From assembly GCA_041596615.1 (NCBI GenBank), contig JBFHIG010000003.1, positions 21,880 to 85,879 of the forward strand: a stretch of DNA of 64,000 nt, written 5' to 3'. A program made the translations under genes and the position numbers. Shown here in pieces: positions 1-9,015 of the stretch. The notes under the pieces are model-generated. The model saw only the letters and a program-made list of their open reading frames with translations, was not told the origin of the DNA and searched no databases. Source of the DNA: Candidatus Moraniibacteriota bacterium (lineage in GTDB: Bacteria > Patescibacteriota > Minisyncoccia > Moranbacterales > DUUL01). Position 1 is the stretch's first letter, and each line of letters starts with the position of its first letter.

Positions 1-123
1 CAGAAATATATTGATTATTCTGAGAAAATTTCCTAAAAAATGGAAGATTTTTTTAAAGTTCATATTAGTTATTTGTTTTTATCGGAGCAATAAAAAAAGA
101 TGTAAGCCCGTTCCAATGCTAAC

Positions 124-583
124 CTAGTTTTTAATGTCACTGCATTTTTCTGGGCTCCCTTCAAAAATCATATATGATTCGTCTGATTTTGTTTTGGGGC
201 AATCGCATGCAAAGTATGAATTATGCGCGCCATCATCAAATAAATCATTTTTCTCCCCCCACATACCACCACCTTTAGTGCAAATTTCCTCGTTCATTAT
301 TACATCCCCAATATTCCGTATCCTCAATCCAAAAACTAGCCCATTCTCCTCCTTCTTTTCTGCAATCTTCGGGGCTTTGAGCACCCCTTGACGCATCGAT
401 GACACCCTTTTTATTTTCAGTGGCTTGATTCTCTATGGGTGTTTTGTTTGCGTCTAAGCTCTTCTTGATTTTCACATAATGACTCTTTTGAGTATAAATC
501 TGCGCGATAGACCAACTTGCGACAAAGATTGTGACGAATGAGAAAAATATTATTGCCAAAACTAAGATAACTCTCTTGCTCAT
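124..583 (-). pseudogene. Frameshifted gene for a membrane-anchored Cys-repeat protein (overlapping minus-strand ORFs 275..583 and 124..405)
   Basis: ORF 275..583 gives an N-terminal TM anchor (VILVLAIIFFSFVTIFVASW) followed by CRKEGGEW...EYWGC. ORF 124..405, in another frame, continues with a second copy, CTKGGGMW...SYFAC. The repeat spans the frame change near 285-300, which implies a 1-nt indel. Confidence 0.45.
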
Positions 584-765
584 ACTTTTAAATTTTATTA
601 AACACTTTTTATTTTTTATAAGTAGCTTGTTTGCAAAGCACTTTTATATATCGCAAATAACATTATCTAAGATCTGACTATGATTTCATTATATACAATA
701 GATAACTCGATGTCTATTCGATAAAACAAAGAATCGCAAATAATGATACAGCAAGAGCCTCTCTC

Positions 766-794
766 TTGAAAAATCAATGAAAGTAGGCTATACT
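766..794 (+). promoter_or_regulatory. sigma70-like promoter upstream of the 862 ORF and gyrB
   Basis: TTGAAA (766-771), 17-nt spacer, TATACT (789-794), about 70 nt upstream of the 862 start. Confidence 0.4.
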
Positions 795-861
795 AAATAC
801 AGTTGATTTTCAAAATCAGAAATAAAAAGATCGAAAGTAAAATCATCTATTTAAGAATAAA

Positions 862-1260
862 TTGCATAAACAGATGTCAATGGGAGCATTTCTTTGGGGA
901 ATGCGGCTTGTTATGTTGGTTGGATTCATGGGAGCCGTCGGAATGATTTTCTCAATTACTCCATATCTTGATACAAACTCATTTGAAACAAATTATTTCA
1001 CGATAAGTTTGTTCTATTTGTTTTTGTTTATGTTTTTAATGGGAATGTTTTCATTGTTCTTGTTTCGTCTCAGAGGGCGTGGAGAAACGGATGATGAGAG
1101 CAAAACAAATGCTGGTGTTTCATTCCGACAAGGGTTCCTCCTTGGCCTAATGATTTTGGGAATTTTGATTCTGCAGAGTTTTCGAATTTTGGTTTGGTGG
1201 GATGGCCTTTTGGTTGTAGGAGCAGTTTTAGTTGCAGAATTATACTATCTGATTAGATAA
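862..1260 (+). CDS. Hypothetical integral membrane protein (132 aa)
   Basis: Intact ORF with several hydrophobic segments (LVMLVGFMGAVGMIF, ISLFYLFLFMFLMGMFSLFLF, FLLGLMILGILIL, LLVVGAVLVAELYYL). No family recognised. Confidence 0.6.
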   Translation: MHKQMSMGAFLWGMRLVMLVGFMGAVGMIFSITPYLDTNSFETNYFTISLFYLFLFMFLMGMFSLFLFRLRGRGETDDESKTNAGVSFRQGFLLGLMILGILILQSFRILVWWDGLLVVGAVLVAELYYLIR

Positions 1261-1308
1261 TGGGTTTGAAGGTTTAATATAATAAAAAGGGGCATAATAA
1301 AAAGAAAA

Positions 1309-3303
1309 ATGGTAAATAAAGAAAGAACAAGTAGTGAATATACCGCAAAATCAATTCAAGTTCTAGAGGGATTAGAGCCGGTTCGAAAACGTCCAGGAAT
1401 GTATATTGGAGGAACTTCGCTGGAGGGTTTGCATCATTTGATTTGGGAAATTGTGGCAAATTCGATTGATGAATCAATGGCTGGATACGGAAAATTTATT
1501 GACGTTGTGATTGGCAAAGATGATACAATTACAGTTACTGATGAAGGTCGTGGGATCCCGGTTGATAAGCACAAACAAACAGGGTTGACAGCGCTGGAAA
1601 CAATTTTTACGAAGTTACATGCCGGAGGAAAATTTGGTGGTGATGATACCGGATATAAAGTCTCAGGTGGTCTTCATGGTGTTGGAGCTTCAGTTGTAAA
1701 TGCACTTTCTGTTCTAACAAGAGCCGAAATTCATAAGGGCGGAAAAATTTGGATTCAGGAATATTCAAAAGGGATAACTCAGGGCAAGGTTCAAGCAGTG
1801 GGGAAGACTGACAAAACTGGCTCTATCATCTCATTTAAACCAGACCCAGAAATTTTTAAAGAGATTGAATGGAACTGGCAAACAATAGTTAACTACTTGC
1901 GACAACAAGCATATTTAACAAAAGGCGTTCATTTCAAGCTAACTGATGAGCGTTTTGAAGATGCAAAGCAAAATCGAAGCATTGGTTTTTGTTTTGACGG
2001 AGGAATTCGCTCCTTTGTTCAATTTGCAAATCGAAAGAAAGATATCGTGCATCCAAATATTTTTTATGTAGAGAAGGAAAAAGATGGCATGGTTGTTGAG
2101 GTGGCAATGCAATACCAAGATACATTTAAAGATAAAGTCTTTTCATTTGCAAATAATATTTCTACAATTGAAGGAGGGACTCATGAGACTGGTTTCCGTG
2201 CTTCATTGACAAGAGTCATTAACGATTATGCTCGAAAGAATAATATCTTAAAAGAGAAAGAAAATAACCTAACTTCAGATGATGTACGGGAAGGCTTGAC
2301 GGCAGTTGTTTCTGTGAAACTTCAGGACCCACAATTTGAGGGGCAGACAAAGTCAAAACTAGGAAATTCTGAAGCACGAACTATCACAAGTTCAGTTGTT
2401 TCCGAAGGTTTGGCGGAATATTTTGAGGAAAATCCGCAAGATGCCAAGATGATAATTATGAAAGGATTGATTTCTGCAAAAGCTAGACTTGCTGCGAAAG
2501 CTGCAAAGGACGCTGTTGTGAGAAAGGGAGTTCTAGAAGGAATGACACTGCCTGGAAAACTTGCTGATTGTTCCTCGCGTGATGCATCGAGAACCGAGTT
2601 GTATATTGTGGAGGGAGATTCGGCTGGTGGAAGCGCAAAACAAGGAAGAGATAGAAGGACACAAGCTATATTGCCGTTGAAGGGAAAGATTCTAAATGTG
2701 GAAAAAGCAAGATTAGACAGAATGCTTGCTTCACAGGAAATAAAAGCACTTGTGATTGCGCTTGGAGCCGGAATCGGTGATCAAATGAATTTTGATAAAC
2801 TGAGATATCACAGAGTTATTATAATGACAGATGCCGATGTAGATGGTTCTCATATTAGAACCTTGTTATTAACTCTGTTTTATCGTCATTTTGAGGAACT
2901 CTTAAGAAGAGGATATGTGTATATTGCTCAACCACCTCTATTTCAAATTAAGGATGGGAAAAAAGAGCATTATGTCTACACCGAAGAAGAGAAGGAAAAA
3001 GTTTTGACCGAGATTGCTAAAAGGAAGGGCACAGTCATCGATCTTGAAGTTAAAGAAGGAGATGAAGAGGCTGCGAAGATGTCAGGAGTTAGTCTTCAGC
3101 GGTATAAGGGTTTGGGAGAAATGAACCCAACGCAACTTTGGGAGACGACAATGAACCCAGAGACTAGAGTGATGTTACAGGTTTCAATCGAAGATGCTGA
3201 AAGAGCTGACCAAGCATTTAGTGTCTTGATGGGAAGTGAAGTTGCTCCACGAAAGAAGTTTATTCAATCTCATGCAAATAAAGTTCGAAATTTGGATGTA
3301 TAA
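1309..3303 (+). CDS. gyrB: DNA gyrase subunit B (type IIA topoisomerase ATPase subunit)
   Basis: 664 aa. GHKL ATPase motifs GLHHLIWEIVANSIDE and GGLHGVGASVVNALS, Toprim EGDSAGGSAKQGRDR, PLKGKILNVEKA, and C-terminal YKGLGEMNP. ParE is not formally excluded. Confidence 0.9.
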   Translation: MVNKERTSSEYTAKSIQVLEGLEPVRKRPGMYIGGTSLEGLHHLIWEIVANSIDESMAGYGKFIDVVIGKDDTITVTDEGRGIPVDKHKQTGLTALETIFTKLHAGGKFGGDDTGYKVSGGLHGVGASVVNALSVLTRAEIHKGGKIWIQEYSKGITQGKVQAVGKTDKTGSIISFKPDPEIFKEIEWNWQTIVNYLRQQAYLTKGVHFKLTDERFEDAKQNRSIGFCFDGGIRSFVQFANRKKDIVHPNIFYVEKEKDGMVVEVAMQYQDTFKDKVFSFANNISTIEGGTHETGFRASLTRVINDYARKNNILKEKENNLTSDDVREGLTAVVSVKLQDPQFEGQTKSKLGNSEARTITSSVVSEGLAEYFEENPQDAKMIIMKGLISAKARLAAKAAKDAVVRKGVLEGMTLPGKLADCSSRDASRTELYIVEGDSAGGSAKQGRDRRTQAILPLKGKILNVEKARLDRMLASQEIKALVIALGAGIGDQMNFDKLRYHRVIIMTDADVDGSHIRTLLLTLFYRHFEELLRRGYVYIAQPPLFQIKDGKKEHYVYTEEEKEKVLTEIAKRKGTVIDLEVKEGDEEAAKMSGVSLQRYKGLGEMNPTQLWETTMNPETRVMLQVSIEDAERADQAFSVLMGSEVAPRKKFIQSHANKVRNLDV

Positions 3304-3343
3304 GATTTTTGCAAATCTTTAAATAAAAATTAAAAAACAAAAA

Positions 3344-4342
3344 ATGAAAGTAGCCATTAATGGTTTTGGTCGAATTGGAAGGCCGGTAACAAAAATTGGA
3401 TTGGAAAATCCTAACATTGAAGTTGTGGCGATTAATGATCTCGGAAGTGTGGAATCACTTGCGTATCTTTTGAAATATGACACTTCTTATGGCGTGTATC
3501 CAAAAGATGTTCAAATTAAAGATGGCAATCTGATTGTGAACGGGAAAGAAATTAAAATTTTCAGCGAAATGGACCCGAAGAAACTTCCTTGGAAAAAGAT
3601 GGGAGTTGAGGTTGTCTTCGAATGCACTGGTGTTTTCAAAGACCGAGCAGGTGCTTCCGCTCATCTTGAGGCTGGAGCAAAGCAAGTTCTAATATCTTCA
3701 CCAACAAAAGATGAAAGTTTAAAGACAATTGTCCTGGGGGTTAATGATAAAGATATCATGGATGGAGATGAGATTCTTTCCATGGCATCTTGCACAACAA
3801 ACTGCATAGCTCCAATTATGAAAGTTCTAGAAGACAAGTTTGGGATTGAAAAATCACTAATGACAACAATTCATAGTTATACCGCAACACAAGCGTTGAT
3901 TGATGGCCCTTCGAAGAAAGATCATCGAGAAGGGAGATCGGCTGCTTTAAATATTATTCCTTCAACAACTGGAGCTGCTAAGGCCACTTCCAAAACGATT
4001 CCAGCACTAGAAGGAATTTTTGACGGAATGGCTTTTCGAGTTCCAACAGCGGTTGGTTCAGTGAGTGATGTGGTTGCATTGCTTAAAAAGAATGTAACCG
4101 CCGAAGAAGTTAATGAGGCACTTGAAGATGCTGCAAAAGGGGCTATGAATGGAATTATGTTCGTAACAGATGAACCTCTTGTGTCGCACGATATTGTGGG
4201 TAGTAGCTATTCTACGATTGTTCAGAAAGAATTGACAAATGTTGTTGGTGGAAATCTAGTAAAAGTCGTCGCATGGTATGACAATGAATGGGGTTATTCC
4301 ACAAGACTAGTTGATTTGGCTGTGAAATTGTTTCATAAATAG
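3344..4342 (+). CDS. gap: Glyceraldehyde-3-phosphate dehydrogenase, type I
   Basis: 332 aa. NAD-binding INGFGRIGR, catalytic ASCTTNC, and WYDNEWGYS near the C-terminus. Confidence 0.95.
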   Translation: MKVAINGFGRIGRPVTKIGLENPNIEVVAINDLGSVESLAYLLKYDTSYGVYPKDVQIKDGNLIVNGKEIKIFSEMDPKKLPWKKMGVEVVFECTGVFKDRAGASAHLEAGAKQVLISSPTKDESLKTIVLGVNDKDIMDGDEILSMASCTTNCIAPIMKVLEDKFGIEKSLMTTIHSYTATQALIDGPSKKDHREGRSAALNIIPSTTGAAKATSKTIPALEGIFDGMAFRVPTAVGSVSDVVALLKKNVTAEEVNEALEDAAKGAMNGIMFVTDEPLVSHDIVGSSYSTIVQKELTNVVGGNLVKVVAWYDNEWGYSTRLVDLAVKLFHK

Positions 4343-4368
4343 ATTTTAGAAATTAGAAATTATAAAAA

Positions 4369-4403
4369 AGAAAAGGTATCTTTAAAGGTACCTTTTCTTT
4401 TTT
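4369..4403 (+). terminator. Rho-independent terminator after gap
   Basis: Stem AGAAAAGGTA (4369-4378) pairs with TACCTTTTCT (4389-4398), followed by a T-run at 4399-4403. Confidence 0.7.
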
Positions 4404-4569
4404 GAATTGGATTTAAAAAATCTGACTAGCGCGAAAGTAACTACTTGGAATGATAGCTAGTATAGATAGACAAATAAATAAATAAAGTTGTGATACACTT
4501 GCTTATCTTTGACAATAAAGAATTGTATTGGCGCTAAAAACTCATAAAATTCAACAGGGAGTTTCTACT

Positions 4570-4836
4570 ATGAAAACATCACAGCCTGTCGTAGAAGAAA
4601 AAATGCGGCCTAAAATAGGGGAGGAGGTGAATTTGAAAGGAGTTTTCCTTCTTAATGAGAAAGTTTATCGAGGGGATAATTTAGAGGTTGGAACCCGGGT
4701 GAAGGTAACTGACGTGCGCAAAAAATACGAACCAGTATTTGGGTACGTAGAGAAGATATGTATAGACTTTCGTGTTCTTTCTGGGAAGTATGCAGGCAGA
4801 ACCTTTATGTCAGTAAACCCCACTTTGTTTGTGTAA
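4570..4836 (+). CDS. Hypothetical small protein (88 aa from ATG 4570; the longest ORF starts at TTG 4528)
   Basis: AGGGAG (4556-4561) lies 8 nt before ATG 4570. A terminator hairpin follows the ORF directly. No family recognised. Confidence 0.55.
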   Translation: MKTSQPVVEEKMRPKIGEEVNLKGVFLLNEKVYRGDNLEVGTRVKVTDVRKKYEPVFGYVEKICIDFRVLSGKYAGRTFMSVNPTLFV

Positions 4837-4866
4837 TTATCCGCAGGAAGTAGCGGTGATAGAAGG

Positions 4867-4906
4867 ATGCTCTCGGCTCAAAGAAGCTTGAGAGCATTTT
4901 ATTTTT
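4867..4906 (+). terminator. Rho-independent terminator
   Basis: ATGCTCTC (4867-4874) pairs with GAGAGCAT (4890-4897), followed by TTTTATTTTT. Confidence 0.7.
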
Positions 4907-4910
4907 CTGA

Positions 4911-5030
4911 GTTGGATCTAAAAAATCAGTTCAAGTCATTAACCTGAACTGATGGATAGCCAGTGGATGTCGCTGGTCTGAATTTGCCTGCCCGTACTGG
5001 TTCAGGCGGGTAACTCAGACTTTTGTTTAA
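4911..5030 (+). ncRNA. Candidate structured small RNA (or MITE-like element), family unknown
   Basis: A closing stem of 13/15 bp (4911-4925 with 5023-5037) encloses three hairpins: 4925-4953, 4960-4976 and 4976-5020. The last has a GC-rich core and is followed by TTTTGTTT (5021-5028). The region is GC-richer than its flanks and contains no ORF. Confidence 0.3.
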
Positions 5031-5358
5031 ATCCAACAGAAATAGAACCAACTCCATAAAACACTTCTATCTTTAGATGTAGGATTATAAAAAACTACAA
5101 CACAAAAAATTGAACCGGGTTGTAAACCATCTCCAGCACAAGTAGGTTCTTGAGTAGCTAATAATTCTTAATTCCTAATTCCTAGTCAAGAAAGTCTCTT
5201 GCAATAAATCCAAGAATGCTTCATAGTTGTAGTGTTGGTGTGATAAAACAAATCCCCAAGAGAAAAGCTTATTGACTTGCTGATGTTATATATTTTGTTA
5301 TAAATAAAAAGTCTGATATTGAAGCCAAATAAGGCAAAATTAAAATTAGAAAAGTGTT

Positions 5359-6759
5359 ATGAATTTGAAAAATAAAAAAGTTACAGTGATGGGAATTGGG
5401 CTTCATGGTGGTGGAGTTGCTATGATTGAATGGTTGGTAAAAGAAGGCGCACGAGTTTTTGCTACAGACAAGAAATCAAAAAAGGAGTTACAGAAATCTC
5501 TAGAGCAGATAGATAAATTAAAGAATGTAAAGATAATAATAGGCCAACATCGAATGGAGGATTTTACCAATGTAGATTTGGTAATTAAAAATCCTGCAGT
5601 TTCTTGGAAAAACAAATATATAAAAGCTGCGCTAGAAAATAAAGTGCCTGTGGAAATGGATTCTAGTATGTTTATGAAATTTTGTCCCACAAAAAACATA
5701 ATTGGAGTCACAGGAACAAAAGGAAAAACAACTACGTCACTATTAATTGCACATATTCTTAGTGAAGCTGGAAAGAATGTGGTGAAAGTTGGAATTGGAC
5801 AAGAAGCTGTTATTGATAAACTTGCAAAAATCAAAAAAGATTCCTGGGTAGTATTCGAGCTTTCATCTTGGAGATTAAGTGCTTTTGAACAAATTAAAAA
5901 AAGTCCACATATCTCAGTGATTACAAATATTTTTCAAGATCATTTGAATTACTATAGTTCAATGAAAGATTATGTTTCTGATAAAGAAAATATATTTAAA
6001 TTTCAAAAAAAGGGAGATTTTTTGATTATTAATCATGATCAGGAGGAATATTTTGAGGAGTTTGAAGAGAAAGCAAAATCAAAAGTTGTTTCGTTCTCTA
6101 AAAACAATGTTAAAACTACTTGTGGTCTGTTTGTTGAGGATGAAAAAATTAAATATGAATGCGGAGAAGAAAAAATTGATCTTTTTGATATTAAAAACAT
6201 AGTTATCCGAGGAAAACACAATATATCAAATGTAATTACGGCGAGCGCAGTAGCTCTTTTGATTGGTGTTTCCCCAAGGGATATTAAAAAAGCAGTAGCA
6301 ACATTTTCTGGGGTGAAACATCGTTTGGAATATATTGGAAAGAAAAAAGGAGTTGCATATTACAACGATACAACCGCCACAACCCCAGAGGCTGCAATTG
6401 TTGGTATCGAAGCATTTTCTAGACCCATTCATTTGATCTGTGGTGGATCTAATAAGAATCTAGACTTGCGACCGCTTGTACGTAAAATTGCAACTGATGA
6501 AAATGTAATCTCAGTTTCACTGCTTAAAGGGGATGCAACGGAAAGATTGATTAAATTGCTAAGAGAATTTAACGGAGCACCAGAAAAAATTGTAGGGCTT
6601 TATGATGAAATTAAAGGCGCAGTATGTAATTTGTATGTAACAGCAAAGGAAGGGGAAATCGTCTTACTGTCTCCTGGATGTGCCAGCTTTGGGATGTTTG
6701 CAAATGAATTCGATAGAGGAGAGCGTTTTAAAGAAGCTGTCAAGATGATTGAAGAATAA
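5359..6759 (+). CDS. murD: UDP-N-acetylmuramoylalanine--D-glutamate ligase
   Basis: 466 aa. N-terminal Rossmann-like VMGIGLHGGGVAMIEWL and Mur ligase P-loop GVTGTKGKTTT. Confidence 0.92.
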   Translation: MNLKNKKVTVMGIGLHGGGVAMIEWLVKEGARVFATDKKSKKELQKSLEQIDKLKNVKIIIGQHRMEDFTNVDLVIKNPAVSWKNKYIKAALENKVPVEMDSSMFMKFCPTKNIIGVTGTKGKTTTSLLIAHILSEAGKNVVKVGIGQEAVIDKLAKIKKDSWVVFELSSWRLSAFEQIKKSPHISVITNIFQDHLNYYSSMKDYVSDKENIFKFQKKGDFLIINHDQEEYFEEFEEKAKSKVVSFSKNNVKTTCGLFVEDEKIKYECGEEKIDLFDIKNIVIRGKHNISNVITASAVALLIGVSPRDIKKAVATFSGVKHRLEYIGKKKGVAYYNDTTATTPEAAIVGIEAFSRPIHLICGGSNKNLDLRPLVRKIATDENVISVSLLKGDATERLIKLLREFNGAPEKIVGLYDEIKGAVCNLYVTAKEGEIVLLSPGCASFGMFANEFDRGERFKEAVKMIEE

Positions 6760-6807
6760 AGAGTGTTGGTTTTTAATTAGTGTTTTAAAAAATAAAATTG
6801 TATATTT

Positions 6808-7863
6808 ATGAAAAGAGTATTGGGAGTTCTAGTTGTATTGGCTTTAGTTTTCATTGGCAGTGCTTTTTTTGCATACAACTGGATTGAAAAGGGAGCTTTC
6901 GAGAGCACAGCAAGTAAATCTAATATTTTACAAAATTTTGAAATTAAGGAGGGAGAGGGCGTGAAAATAATTGCTCTACACTTAATGGAAAGTAAACTAA
7001 TCAAGAGCGATAAGTTCTTTCTTTATTATCTTTGGAAAACAAAAAAAGATTCAAATCTGCAAGCAGGGAACTATGAAATTTCTCCCGATATGACAATCGC
7101 ACAAATAGTGGATAAATTCGAAGGTGGAAAGGTAAAAAATGAAATTTCTAAATTAACAGTTCCAGAGGGTTTTACGAATCAAAAAATCATTAATCTTTTG
7201 CGAGAAAAAAAACCAGAAATCGCAGATGAATTTATGGAAATAGTGCAGTGTAAGTGTTTGAATCAGACTAATTGTGAATGTGATAAATTTAGCAAGAAAT
7301 ATGATTTTCTAGCACAAATTCCTTCTGGTGTTGATATGGAAGGATATCTCTTTCCAGACACATATTTTATCGATAAAGATGAAACAGGGGCAAGTTTGGT
7401 TAGTAAATTTTTGAATAATTTTAATAAAAAAATTGACGCCAGTTTGTTGGCTAAGATTGAAGCAAGCGGAAAGAGTCTGCACGATGTTATCACCTTGGCA
7501 TCAATAGTTGAACGAGAAGTGCCAACAGAAGAAGATGCAAAAATGGTGGCAGGTGTTTTTGAAAACAGGATTAATACGGGAATGGCATTGGAAAGTTGTG
7601 CAACTCTGGCGTATTTTCAGGGCGTAGATAAACGTCAATTTTCTTATGAGGATACCAGAGTGGAATCTCCTTATAATACTTATATCAACACAGGACTTCC
7701 TCCTGGGCCTATTTCAAATCCAGGGTTAACTTCAATCAAAGCAACAGTTGAGCCAACAGAAACTGATTATATTTTCTTTTTATCTGACTTTGAAACAGGC
7801 GAAACCATTTATTCCAAAACATTAGATGAACACGTTGCTAATAAAAATAAGCATGGGCTGTAG
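6808..7863 (+). CDS. mltG: Endolytic murein transglycosylase MltG (YceG family)
   Basis: 351 aa. N-terminal TM anchor and YceG motifs LASIVEREV and YNTYINTGLPPGPISNPG. Confidence 0.9.
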   Translation: MKRVLGVLVVLALVFIGSAFFAYNWIEKGAFESTASKSNILQNFEIKEGEGVKIIALHLMESKLIKSDKFFLYYLWKTKKDSNLQAGNYEISPDMTIAQIVDKFEGGKVKNEISKLTVPEGFTNQKIINLLREKKPEIADEFMEIVQCKCLNQTNCECDKFSKKYDFLAQIPSGVDMEGYLFPDTYFIDKDETGASLVSKFLNNFNKKIDASLLAKIEASGKSLHDVITLASIVEREVPTEEDAKMVAGVFENRINTGMALESCATLAYFQGVDKRQFSYEDTRVESPYNTYINTGLPPGPISNPGLTSIKATVEPTETDYIFFLSDFETGETIYSKTLDEHVANKNKHGL

Positions 7864-7872
7864 TAAATAATT

Positions 7873-8997
7873 ATGATATTTAAAGTCAATCAGTTTGCAA
7901 AATTTGACTTAATTACGATTGCAGCAATGTTTTTTTTGATTGCTACGGGTCTTATTGCAATTTTTTCTCTTTCTTTGGAATCGGAAAGAGTTGGTTTTAA
8001 TAATTTCGAAAAACAATCGATTCATGTTTTACTCGGGTGTATAGTTTTTTTAATATTTAGTTTAATAGATTATCGAATTTGGAAAACTCACAGTGGAAAT
8101 TTTTATTTAATTGGATTGGCCCTTTTAGTTGCAGTTCTTTTTTTCGGAGTTAATATTCGTGGAACCTCTGGTTGGTTTAAGCTAGGGTTTTTTAATATTC
8201 AGCCAGCCGAGATTATGAAGTTAGCATTGATTATTGCGCTTGCTCGTTATTTTTCTCAGATTAAGCCAGGGCTAGTTTCTTTCAAACACCTCATAGTTTC
8301 GTTTGGTTATGTTTTGATTCCAGTTTTTTTGGCTGCAAAACAGCCAGATATGGGTTCTGCGGTTGTAATGATTATGATTTGGTTTGCAATGGTTTTGCTT
8401 TCAGGCATTAATAAAAAATACATTATCGGAGTTGTGGTGATGGGATTTTTAACAATTATTTTTGGATGGGGTTTTATCCTAAAACCTTATCAAAAAGATA
8501 GAGTTCAATCTTTTTTGAACCCAGGAAGTGATCCACTTGGTGATGGATATAATGTGATTCAGTCAATGATTGCTGTTGGATCTGGTGGTGTTCATGGAAA
8601 AGGTGTTGGTCATGGTTCTCAAAGTAAATTAAATTTTCTTCCAGAGAAGCATACTGATTTTATTTATGCCACAATTGCTGAAGAGAGGGGCCTTGTTGGT
8701 GTGGGCATTGTTATTGGGCTTTTCGGAGTGTTGTTGTATCGGTTAAGAGTTACATACAGAGCTTCTAGGGATTCATTTGGAAAATTTTTAGTTGGAGGAG
8801 TTACAATGGTGATATTTTTTCAGGCATTTGTTAATATCGGTATGAATATAGGAATAATGCCAGTTGCTGGACTCTCCTTGCCTTTTTTGAGTTATGGGGG
8901 TAGTTTTGTTCTAACAACACTTGCTTTTATGGGGTTGGCTCAAAGTGTTTGGATCGGGAGAGTCAGAAATAATTCAGAATCTGGGTTTTGGGGGTAA
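7873..8997 (+). CDS. ftsW: SEDS-family peptidoglycan glycosyltransferase (FtsW/RodA)
   Basis: 374 aa, polytopic. Motifs QPAEIMKLALIIALARYF, PEKHTDFIYATIAEERG and LPFLSYGGS. It lies next to murD. Confidence 0.85.
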   Translation: MIFKVNQFAKFDLITIAAMFFLIATGLIAIFSLSLESERVGFNNFEKQSIHVLLGCIVFLIFSLIDYRIWKTHSGNFYLIGLALLVAVLFFGVNIRGTSGWFKLGFFNIQPAEIMKLALIIALARYFSQIKPGLVSFKHLIVSFGYVLIPVFLAAKQPDMGSAVVMIMIWFAMVLLSGINKKYIIGVVVMGFLTIIFGWGFILKPYQKDRVQSFLNPGSDPLGDGYNVIQSMIAVGSGGVHGKGVGHGSQSKLNFLPEKHTDFIYATIAEERGLVGVGIVIGLFGVLLYRLRVTYRASRDSFGKFLVGGVTMVIFFQAFVNIGMNIGIMPVAGLSLPFLSYGGSFVLTTLAFMGLAQSVWIGRVRNNSESGFWG

Positions 8998-9015
8998 TCA
9001 ACTAACGATAAATTT

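Noticed and set aside
134-391. A plus-strand 85-aa ORF at the window start.
   Set aside because: It is antisense to the frameshifted Cys-repeat gene, whose two frames show internally consistent repeats. The plus-strand translation is Ser/Pro/Phe-rich shadow sequence.
4911-5037. Whether the multi-hairpin element is a tRNA, tmRNA, SRP RNA or 6S RNA.
   Set aside because: It has no T-loop (GTTCRANNC), no CCA-proximal acceptor geometry, no SRP domain-IV GGAA/AGCA signature, no tag-peptide reading frame and no 6S-like long bulged duplex. It is kept only as an unclassified candidate.
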